Below the pieces are notes generated by a model, which worked only from the letters and a program-made list of their open reading frames with translations, was not told the DNA's origin and did not search any database. Both the position numbers and the translations under genes were made by a program. A stretch of 64,000 nt of DNA from contig CAWIPI010000004.1 in the NCBI GenBank assembly GCA_963837975.1, forward strand, positions 247,791 through 311,790, read 5' to 3'. Below, in pieces: positions 1-7,948 of this stretch. This DNA comes from an uncultured Actinomycetota bacterium. Its GTDB lineage: Bacteria; Actinomycetota; Actinomycetes; Propionibacteriales; Nocardioidaceae. Every line of letters begins with the position of its first letter. Position 1 is the stretch's first letter.

Positions 1-1
1 C

Positions 2-697
2 GACGTCACCTTCGAGAACGTCCAGGCGGGGCTGCGCACCGACTACCTGTTCCGGATCGCCAACCAGCGCCGGGGGATCGTGCTCGGCACCGGCGACCTC
101 TCCGAGCTGGCCCTGGGCTGGTGCACCTACGGCGTGGGCGACCAGATGTCGCACTACACGGTGAACTCCGGGGTCCCCAAGACGCTGGTGCAGCACCTGA
201 TCCGCTGGGTCGTGGACAGCGAGCAGCTCGGTGAGAAGGACAGCGAGGTCAACGAGCTGCTGACCGCGATCGTCGGCCAGGAGATCACCCCCGAGCTGAT
301 CCCGACCAAGGACGGGGAGGAGGCCCAGTCGACGGAGAGCTCGATCGGCCCCTACGCCCTGCACGACTTCACGCTCTTCCACGTGCTCCGCTTCGGCTTC
401 CGGCCCAGCAAGGTCGCCTTCCTCGCCGAGCACGCCTGGTCCGACGCCTCCGCGGGCGAGTGGCCGCCGAACTACCCCGAGGAGAGCCGGCCGGAGTACT
501 CCCTGGCCGACATCCGCGAGTGGCTCGAGGTGTTCATCAAGCGGTTCTTCGCCAGCCAGTTCAAGCGCTCGGCGCTGCCCAACGGGCCCAAGGTCAGCCC
601 CGGCGGGACGATGTCGCCGCGCGGCGACTGGCGGATGCCCAGCGACGTCGGCCCGGAGGCCTGGCTGGCCGAGCTGGAGAACGTCCCGAGGTCCTGA
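2..697 (+). CDS. nadE: Glutamine-dependent NAD+ synthetase, C-terminal part (5' end outside window)
   Basis: Frame open from base 2: [18 protein letters not shown]...[24 protein letters not shown]...[13 protein letters not shown]...[12 protein letters not shown]-like end. Confidence 0.95.
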   Translation, partial: DVTFENVQAGLRTDYLFRIANQRRGIVLGTGDLSELALGWCTYGVGDQMSHYTVNSGVPKTLVQHLIRWVVDSEQLGEKDSEVNELLTAIVGQEITPELIPTKDGEEAQSTESSIGPYALHDFTLFHVLRFGFRPSKVAFLAEHAWSDASAGEWPPNYPEESRPEYSLADIREWLEVFIKRFFASQFKRSALPNGPKVSPGGTMSPRGDWRMPSDVGPEAWLAELENVPRS

Positions 698-1473
698 ACA
701 GTCGTCGGCGCTCAGCCCTCGGCCTCTGCGGGCGGGGCGCCGGGGTCGCCGCGTCGTGCGGTGTGCCGAAGGAGACCAGCACCGGTACGGCGACGCCCTC
801 GACGAGCCCCAGTCCCCCGGGGGTGAGGGGCAGCATCGCGATCAGCCCGACCAGCGCGTACGTCGCCAGCAGGCCGCCCGGGTTGGTCGCGACCCCGAAC
901 GCGAGCACGCTGAGGTAGAGGCACACGGCGTCGAGCAGCCAGTAGCCGAGCCCCCAGAGGGCAGCGCGCCGGCTCGCCTCCCGGTTGCCGAGGAGCAGCC
1001 GCACCTGCTCGATCAGCGTGCGCACGAGGCGTTCCAGCGCCTGGCCCCGCACCAGCGGCAGCCGCTTCGCGATCGCGTGCGTCACCGACACCACCTGGTC
1101 GGGGCGCTGCATCAGCACGGCCACCAGCCCGCCGAAGGTCGTCACGAGGACGACCGCCAGCACCGAGGCGCTGCGCAGGAACGCGTGGGTCTCGGGGTGC
1201 GGCACCGCCGCGATCAGCCCGACGACGAAGGCGGCCACCAGCCACAGCGTCGTGACGGCGGACTCCAGGGTCGCCACCGAGGCGGCCTCCGGCAGCGGCG
1301 TACCGGTGCGGCCGAGCAGGCGGAAGCGCAGCGCCGCCGAGGTGGACCGCGGCGTACTCCACGACCACGACCGCGACGATCAGGAACCCCACCCGGCGGA
1401 CCCAGGCCCACAGCAGCGAGCGACTCCGGACGCGCCCCGGCACGACCGGCCCGTCCCCCTGTGTCGGCTGCAC
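594..1473 (-). pseudogene. Lysylphosphatidylglycerol-synthase-TM (YbhN/UPF0104) flippase-like membrane protein, disrupted
   Basis: N-terminal TM (LLWAWVRRVGFLIVAVVVVEY) lies in a different frame from the body (STSAALRFRLL...LPLTPGGLGLVEG); the expected final TM segment is missing and the frame runs into nadE. Confidence 0.65.
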
Positions 1474-1546
1474 GGTCAACCATGATCCGCAGGGCGTCCG
1501 GGAGTCACCAGCCCTCGGGGATGAGCCGGTCCGGCACACTGGCGCC

Positions 1547-2320
1547 GTGACGTCCCCGACCCCGACTCCGGCCCACCAGGTCCACCGCTCGATCCTCGTC
1601 GTCCAGCACCAGGACGACTGCCCGCCTGCCCTCATCGGCGACTGGCTGGTCGACGCCGGCCTCGAGCTCGACGTGCGCCACCCCTACGCGGGCGACCCGC
1701 TGCCGACCGACCTCTCCGGCCACGACGCGTTCCTGGTCCTCGGCGGATCGATGGGCGCCGAGGACGACGAGGACCACCCGTGGCTGGGTCCGGTGAAGGA
1801 GCTGGTCCGCGACGCGGCGGAGCGTCGTACGCCGACGCTGGGCATCTGCCTGGGCCACCAGCTCGCCGCCGTCGCGCTGGGGGGCCAGGTGCGGCGCAAC
1901 GAGCGCGGCCAGCAGCTGGGCCTGCTGCCGATGGGGTGGACCGACGCTGCGACGACCGACCCGCTGGTGGGACCGTTGGCGACCAGCCGTTCCGGGGTGT
2001 TCTGGAACGACGACATCGTCGTCGGCGTGCCGAGCGGGACCGAGGTGCTCGCGCGCACACCGGAGGGCGATCTCCAGGCCGCGCGGTTCGCGCCCACGGT
2101 GTGGGGCGTGCAGCTCCACCCCGAGGTCGACGAGCACATCCTGCGCACCTGGTCCGAGGAGGACCCGGACCGCTACGCCGAGGGGGTGGTCGACCGGGTG
2201 CTGGCCGAGATCGCCGCGCACCGTGCGCAGCTCGAGGCCTGGTGGCGACCACTGGCGCGGCGTCTCGCCGCGCTGAGCGGGTCTGCAAGGTCACCAGAAG
2301 ATCACGACTCATCGACGTGA
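1547..2320 (+). CDS. Class I glutamine amidotransferase (GMP synthase GATase-like)
   Basis: LGICLGHQ nucleophile elbow, QLHPE motif, LVLGGSM. Confidence 0.9.
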   Translation: MTSPTPTPAHQVHRSILVVQHQDDCPPALIGDWLVDAGLELDVRHPYAGDPLPTDLSGHDAFLVLGGSMGAEDDEDHPWLGPVKELVRDAAERRTPTLGICLGHQLAAVALGGQVRRNERGQQLGLLPMGWTDAATTDPLVGPLATSRSGVFWNDDIVVGVPSGTEVLARTPEGDLQAARFAPTVWGVQLHPEVDEHILRTWSEEDPDRYAEGVVDRVLAEIAAHRAQLEAWWRPLARRLAALSGSARSPEDHDSST

Positions 2321-2428
2321 AGTAGACGACACGGGCATATCCACGAAGCGGCAGCGTGCCTCGGTTATGGTCAGCCCCTCAGCAGCCCGGACCAGATGGC
2401 GTGTCCGGGCATCTTTGGGGGCTTGCGC

Positions 2429-3085
2429 GTGAACGGACTTCCCTTCTCTGAGTACCTGTCGACCTATCGTGACGAGATCATCTTCCGCACCGAGCAGCAC
2501 GCCCAGCTCTCTTTCTACTGCATCGCCATCGCGGCCATCCTGGGGACGCTCTTCGCCGTCGCGGCCTATCGTTCCCCGATCAGAGCCAACGTCGCCATCT
2601 CCACCCTGGCGGTGGGCTTCACCCTCCCCGCCGTCGCGCTGTTCGGTTTCCTGCTCTCGATCTTCGGCGCGTCGCTGGTCGCAGTCATCCCGCCGATCGT
2701 GCTCTACGCCCTGCTGCCGATCGTGCGGAACGGCATCATCGGGCTCCAGTCCGTCGACCCGGCCGTCGTCGATGCCGCCCGTGGCATGGGGATCGGCCCG
2801 TTCCGGATGCTCTGGCAGATCCGGTTCCCGATCGCCTGGCCGGTCCTCCTGGCCGGGGTCCGGGTCGCCACCCAGCTCTGCGTGGGCATCGTGGCGATCG
2901 CCGCCTTCGTTCTCCGGATCGGGCTGGGCCAGTACGGCTTCGAGGCGCTGGACAACCTGGGCTCGGTGAACACCACGAACAAGGCACTGGTCTGCATCAT
3001 CTTCGTCACGTTGGTCGCACTGGCCTTCGATGCTGTGTTCGTCGTCGTCCGACGCATCACCACCCCGAGGGGGATCCGTGTCTGA
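2429..3085 (+). CDS. Osmoprotectant (betaine/choline/proline) ABC transporter permease
   Basis: EAA-type loop VVDAARGMG; hydrophobic; GTG start chosen (ORF open from 2396). Confidence 0.9.
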   Translation: MNGLPFSEYLSTYRDEIIFRTEQHAQLSFYCIAIAAILGTLFAVAAYRSPIRANVAISTLAVGFTLPAVALFGFLLSIFGASLVAVIPPIVLYALLPIVRNGIIGLQSVDPAVVDAARGMGIGPFRMLWQIRFPIAWPVLLAGVRVATQLCVGIVAIAAFVLRIGLGQYGFEALDNLGSVNTTNKALVCIIFVTLVALAFDAVFVVVRRITTPRGIRV

Positions 3086-4121
3086 GACCAAGGGCCGCCA
3101 GAGCCAGACAGCGCAGTCGGGGGAACAGCCGCACCGCGGTGTACCCATCGTGCTGACCGATCTGACCAAGCAGTACCCCAACCAGCCGCATGCTGCCGTC
3201 GAGGCCGTCAACATGGAGATCCCTGCCGGGGAGATCGTGGTGTTCGTCGGGCCCTCCGGGTGCGGCAAGACCACCACCATGCGGATGATCAACCGGCTGA
3301 TCGAGCCCACCTCCGGCACGATCGAGATCGGCGGGGAGGACATCACCAAGCTCGACGACGTCCAGCTCCGCCGCAAGATCGGCTACGTGATCCAGCAGAT
3401 AGGGCTGATCCCGCACCTGACCATCGCGACCAACGTCGCGATGGTGCCCAAGCTTCTCAAGTGGGACAAGAAGCGGGTCAGCCAGCGGGTCGAGGAGATG
3501 CTCAGCGTGGTCGGTCTCGAGCCTCGGGACTACGGGCACCGCTACCCGCGCGAGCTCTCGGGTGGACAGCAGCAGCGTGTGGGGGTGGCTCGAGCGCTGG
3601 CCGCCGACCCACCGATCATGCTGATGGACGAGCCGTTCGGGGCGGTGGACCCGATCACCCGTGGCCGGCTGCAGGACGAGTTCCTCTCCATCCAGCAGAC
3701 TCTGAAGAAGACGATCGTGTTCGTGACGCACGACTTCGACGAGGCGCTGAAGATCGGAGACCGGATCGCAGTGCTTCGCGACCGTTCGCGGATCGCTCAG
3801 TACGACACCCCGGAGGCGATCCTGGCCCGCCCTGCCGACGACTTCGTCTCCGGTTTCATCGGTGAGGGAGCCGCGCTCAAACGGCTGCACTTCGAGCGGG
3901 TCGACTCCTTGACCCTGGACGCACCCGGTGACGGCGACGCACGGGTGTCGGTAGACGTCTCCTCCACGCTGCACGCCGCCCTCGACCTGATGGTGGGCAG
4001 GGGCCTCGACGGGGTCGCCGTCGCTCGGGACGGTCGTCAGGTCGGCTCCATCACCGTGCGGACCATCTTGAACCGCGTGCATCGCGAAGGGGACGAGTCC
4101 GAGACGGTGGGCACTCCATGA
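3078..4121 (+). CDS. Osmoprotectant ABC transporter ATP-binding protein with C-terminal CBS-like region
   Basis: GPSGCGKT, LSGGQQQRV, LMDEPFGAVDP, VTHD. Confidence 0.95.
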   Translation: MSETKGRQSQTAQSGEQPHRGVPIVLTDLTKQYPNQPHAAVEAVNMEIPAGEIVVFVGPSGCGKTTTMRMINRLIEPTSGTIEIGGEDITKLDDVQLRRKIGYVIQQIGLIPHLTIATNVAMVPKLLKWDKKRVSQRVEEMLSVVGLEPRDYGHRYPRELSGGQQQRVGVARALAADPPIMLMDEPFGAVDPITRGRLQDEFLSIQQTLKKTIVFVTHDFDEALKIGDRIAVLRDRSRIAQYDTPEAILARPADDFVSGFIGEGAALKRLHFERVDSLTLDAPGDGDARVSVDVSSTLHAALDLMVGRGLDGVAVARDGRQVGSITVRTILNRVHREGDESETVGTP

Positions 4122-4945
4122 GCGTTGTCCCCGCCCAAGAGGGGGTCGAACACGCCCGGCCCTCCGACGTGAGTGCTGCGGCCACGGCAGCAGCGGCGGC
4201 AGGAGCGCCCCGAGGCAGTCGGTCGGTGCTGAGCCCGTTCGACCTGATCGTTCCGCTCATCGCGGTCGGGGTCTCGGTGGCGCTGTACCTCAACATCCAG
4301 GGCCGCACCCTCGACCGCATCGAGAACAACATCCTCAACGGCGCGAACCTGAGCAAGTACACCCTCGAGCACATCTACTTGAGCCTGACCATCGCGGTGC
4401 TCGTGATCGTGATCGCGGTCCCCCTGGGAGTCCTGGTCACCCGACGCCGTACGCGGTGGCTCGCGCCGTTCGTCCTCACCGCCGGCAACATCGGCCAGTC
4501 GGCCCCGAGCCTCGGCCTGCTGGCCCTGGTGGGCACCTACACCATCGGCTTCTGGGCGGTGGTCTGGATCCTGACCGCCTACTCGGCGCTCTCCGTGCTT
4601 CGCAACACCATCGTCGGGATCGAAGGCATCGACGCGGGTGTCCTGGACGCGGCGCGGGGGATGGGCATGTCGCCGCTGGCGATCCTGATGCGCGTCGAGC
4701 TGCCCCTGGCGGTCCCGGTGATCGGGGCCGGTGCCCGCACGGCACTGGTGCTGGCGGTCGGCACGGTGCCACTCGGCTATGCCCTCGATGCCGGTGGCCT
4801 CGGGCTGCCGCTGTTCGGCGCCATCAAGACCAATCGTCCACTGGCCACCTTGACGGTGGCCGTGATGATCGCCGTTCTCGCCCTGCTGATGGATTGGCTC
4901 GGCGGTGTCCTGCAGCGTCTGGGCACCCCTAAGGGCATCCGCTGA
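4118..4945 (+). CDS. Osmoprotectant ABC transporter permease
   Basis: VLDAARGMG, VELPLAVPVI, AGGLG; ATGA overlap with upstream gene. Confidence 0.9.
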   Translation: MSVVPAQEGVEHARPSDVSAAATAAAAAGAPRGSRSVLSPFDLIVPLIAVGVSVALYLNIQGRTLDRIENNILNGANLSKYTLEHIYLSLTIAVLVIVIAVPLGVLVTRRRTRWLAPFVLTAGNIGQSAPSLGLLALVGTYTIGFWAVVWILTAYSALSVLRNTIVGIEGIDAGVLDAARGMGMSPLAILMRVELPLAVPVIGAGARTALVLAVGTVPLGYALDAGGLGLPLFGAIKTNRPLATLTVAVMIAVLALLMDWLGGVLQRLGTPKGIR

Positions 4946-5015
4946 CCCGCCAAGGGGAGATCGCGCACCGACCCATCCATCAATATCACCCGTACGTGCA
5001 ACCGAAGGGAAAACG

Positions 5016-6005
5016 ATGATCAAGCTGGGCAGCAAGAAGATGGCAGGGGTCGCGATCGCGGCCGTGACCGCCCTGGCGCTGAGTGGCTGCGGCTCGCTGA
5101 GCGAGAGCAGCTCCTCAGGTGGCGAAGGGGGCGTCTGTGGCGACATCGAGGCCGACTCGGTCGACGGCAGCGCCCTGGAGGGGGTGACGGTCAAGGCCGG
5201 CTCCAAGGAGTTCGACGAGCAGCTGATCCTGGGCCAGATCACCGTTGCCATGCTGTGTGCGGCCGGTGCCGATGCGAAGGACGAGACCAACACCAAGGGC
5301 AGCACCCAAGCCCGGGAGAAGCTCATCCGCGGCGGCAGCGACGTCTACTGGGACTACAACGGCACGGGCTGGATCAACTACCTCGGCCACGACAAGCCGA
5401 TCACCGACTCGACCAAGCAGACCGCGGCGGTGGCCGAGGAGGACCTGGCCAAGAACAAGCTCGTGTGGGGACCGGCTGCGCCGTTCAACAACACCTATGC
5501 CTTTGCGACCTCCGAGGACTTCGCCACGAAGAACAACCTCACTACGCACTCGGACATGGCGGCCTACATCAAGTCCAACCCGGACGCCACTGTGTGCGTG
5601 GAGTCGGAGTTCGCGGCCCGGCCGGATGGCTACCCGGGGTTCAAGAAGGCCTACGGCATCACCGGTGGGAACGTGAAGAGCCTGGGCACGGGCGTGGTCT
5701 ACACCCAGACGGCCAATGGCACTTGTGACTTCGGTGAGGTCTTCACCACCGACGGCCGGATCGGGGCCCTGAAGCTGGTGGTGATGGACGACGACAAGGG
5801 CTTCTTCCCCCTCTACAACGGTGTCCTGGTCCAGCGCGAGGACTTCGTGAAGGAGCACCCGGAGGTCCAGGAGGTCTTCGAGCCGCTGGCGGAGGAGCTC
5901 ACCACCGAGGTGATGCAGGACCTGAACACCAGGGTGAGCGCCGACGGGGAGCCCGCTGAGAAGGTGGCCAGGGACTTCCTCAAGGAGAAGGGCTTCATCA
6001 AGTAG
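5016..6005 (+). CDS. Glycine betaine/osmoprotectant ABC substrate-binding lipoprotein (OpuAC/OsmF-like)
   Basis: Lipobox LSGC, GSKEFDEQ, NNTYA, VFTTDG; RBS GAAGGGA. Confidence 0.9.
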   Translation: MIKLGSKKMAGVAIAAVTALALSGCGSLSESSSSGGEGGVCGDIEADSVDGSALEGVTVKAGSKEFDEQLILGQITVAMLCAAGADAKDETNTKGSTQAREKLIRGGSDVYWDYNGTGWINYLGHDKPITDSTKQTAAVAEEDLAKNKLVWGPAAPFNNTYAFATSEDFATKNNLTTHSDMAAYIKSNPDATVCVESEFAARPDGYPGFKKAYGITGGNVKSLGTGVVYTQTANGTCDFGEVFTTDGRIGALKLVVMDDDKGFFPLYNGVLVQREDFVKEHPEVQEVFEPLAEELTTEVMQDLNTRVSADGEPAEKVARDFLKEKGFIK

Positions 6006-6048
6006 CAGCACGCCTGCCACTCGGCCGTCTCCGACCGCAGCACAGTCG

Positions 6049-6086
6049 CCGCCACTGCCCACGACACCAGTCGTGGGCAGTGGCGG
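6049..6086 (+). terminator. Perfect 17-bp stem hairpin after the ABC operon (putative terminator)
   Basis: CCGCCACTGCCCACGAC-ACCA-GTCGTGGGCAGTGGCGG. Confidence 0.6.
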
Positions 6087-6124
6087 TTCGGTGTCGAGGT
6101 GCGCCGATGGGACATAGTGAGCCC

Positions 6125-7462
6125 ATGGGTAAGCAGGAAGACTTCGTCCTTCGCGCTCTCGAGGAGCGCGACGTCCGCTTCGTGCGGCTGTGGTTCACCG
6201 ACGTGCTGGGCTACCTCAAGTCGGTGTCGGTCGCCCCGGCCGAGCTGGAGAACGCCTTCTCCGAGGGGATCGGCTTCGACGGCTCGGCGATCGAGGGCTT
6301 CGCCCGGGTGACCGAGGCGGACATGCTCGCGCACCCCGACCCGACGACGTTCCAGCTGCTCCCGTGGCGGGGCGAGACGCCCTCCACCGCGCGGATGTTC
6401 TGCGACATCATGATGCCCGACGGCTCCCCGTCGTACGCCGATCCGCGGTTCGTGCTCAAGCGCACGCTGCAGAAGGCCGCCGAGAAGGGGTTCACCTTCT
6501 ACACCCACCCCGAGATCGAGTTCTACCTCTTCCAGGGGCGCCCGGGCATCGGCGAGGACCCGGTGCCGGTGGACCGCAGCGGCTACTTCGACCACACCGC
6601 CCAGTCACGCGGCTCGGACTTCCGGCGCGAGGCGATCAACATGCTGGAGTCGATGGGGATCTCGGTGGAGTTCAGCCACCACGAGGGCGGTCCCGGCCAG
6701 CAGGAGATCGACCTGCGCTACGCCGACGCGCTGTCCACCGCGGACAACATCATGACGTTCCGCACCGTCGTGCGGGAGGTGGCGCTGAGCCAGGGCATCT
6801 GGGCGAGCTTCATGCCCAAGCCGTTCACGACCCACCCCGGCTCGGGGATGCACACCCACGTCTCGCTGTTCGAGGGCGACACCAACGCGTTCTTCGAGGC
6901 CGGCGCGGAGTACCAGCTGTCGAAGACCGCGCGGCACTTCATCGCCGGCATCCTCTCGCACGCCGCCGAGATCACCTGCGTCACCAACCAGTGGGTCAAC
7001 TCCTACAAGCGGCTGATCGGCGGCGGCGAGGCGCCCTCGCACATCTCGTGGGGCCACAACAACCGCTCGGCGATGGTGCGCGTGCCGATGTACAAGCCCA
7101 ACAAGGGCCAGTCGACCCGCATCGAGCTGCGCACGATCGACGCGGCCTGCAACCCCTACCTCGCCTACGCCGTGGTGCTCGCGGCCGGGATGAAGGGGCT
7201 GGAGGAGGAGTACGAGCTGCCGCGCGAGGCCGAGGACGACGTCTGGTCGCTCAACGAGCGCGAGCGCAAGGCGCTGGGCCTGGAGATGCTGCCGAAGAAC
7301 CTCTACGAGGCGATCAAGGTGGCCGAGGAGTCCGAGCTGCTGGCCGAGACGCTGGGCGAGCACGTCTACGAGTTCTTCCTGCGCAACAAGCGCACCGAGT
7401 GGGAGGAGTACCGCGGCCAGGTCTCGGCCTTCGAGCGCGACATGATGCTGCCGGTGATCTGA
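6125..7462 (+). CDS. glnA2: Glutamine synthetase type I family, actinobacterial GlnA2
   Basis: MGKQEDFVLRALEERDVRFVRLWFTD, FDGSAIEGF, HHEGGPGQQEI, FMPKP...GSGMHTH, NSYKRL; upstream of glnE. Confidence 0.95.
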   Translation: MGKQEDFVLRALEERDVRFVRLWFTDVLGYLKSVSVAPAELENAFSEGIGFDGSAIEGFARVTEADMLAHPDPTTFQLLPWRGETPSTARMFCDIMMPDGSPSYADPRFVLKRTLQKAAEKGFTFYTHPEIEFYLFQGRPGIGEDPVPVDRSGYFDHTAQSRGSDFRREAINMLESMGISVEFSHHEGGPGQQEIDLRYADALSTADNIMTFRTVVREVALSQGIWASFMPKPFTTHPGSGMHTHVSLFEGDTNAFFEAGAEYQLSKTARHFIAGILSHAAEITCVTNQWVNSYKRLIGGGEAPSHISWGHNNRSAMVRVPMYKPNKGQSTRIELRTIDAACNPYLAYAVVLAAGMKGLEEEYELPREAEDDVWSLNERERKALGLEMLPKNLYEAIKVAEESELLAETLGEHVYEFFLRNKRTEWEEYRGQVSAFERDMMLPVI

Positions 7463-7510
7463 GTACTTTCGCGGATACCGGGGAGGATGCTCCTCGGCCA
7501 GTCTCGGAGC

Positions 7511-7933
7511 ATGTCGACCACCACCTTCACCGCCGCACCCGCTCCCACCCGCCCCCGCGCCCGCTGGGCGCTCCTGGCCGCCGTCGCGGTCCTCGTCCTC
7601 GGCGGACTGGCCACCCTGCTGCCGGGCATCGCGCTCGTCGTCTCGGACCTCGCCGAGCGCGGTGAGATGTTCGACGGCCTCGGCGTCGTGCTCGGACTCG
7701 CCCTGGCGCTGCCGGGCCTCCTGCTGCTCGTCGCGGCCGGGCTCGCCTGCGTGTTCATGCGACGCAGGCCGGTGCAGGTCGCCGCAGTCCTGACCGCGCT
7801 CGGGATGGTCCTGGCCCTGGGGGGCTTCGCGTTGGCCGCGTCGACGGGGGTGCTGCTCGCGGCGCCGGTGGCGCTGGGCGGCCTGCTGGTGTCCGGACTG
7901 AGCCTCACCGAAGCCCTGGGCAGCCCGTGGTGA
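7511..7933 (+). CDS. Hypothetical membrane protein (about 4 TM)
   Basis: Hydrophobic ORF between glnA2 and glnE, RBS GGAG. Confidence 0.6.
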   Translation: MSTTTFTAAPAPTRPRARWALLAAVAVLVLGGLATLLPGIALVVSDLAERGEMFDGLGVVLGLALALPGLLLLVAAGLACVFMRRRPVQVAAVLTALGMVLALGGFALAASTGVLLAAPVALGGLLVSGLSLTEALGSPW

Positions 7934-7948
7934 CGATAGGTTCGACGG

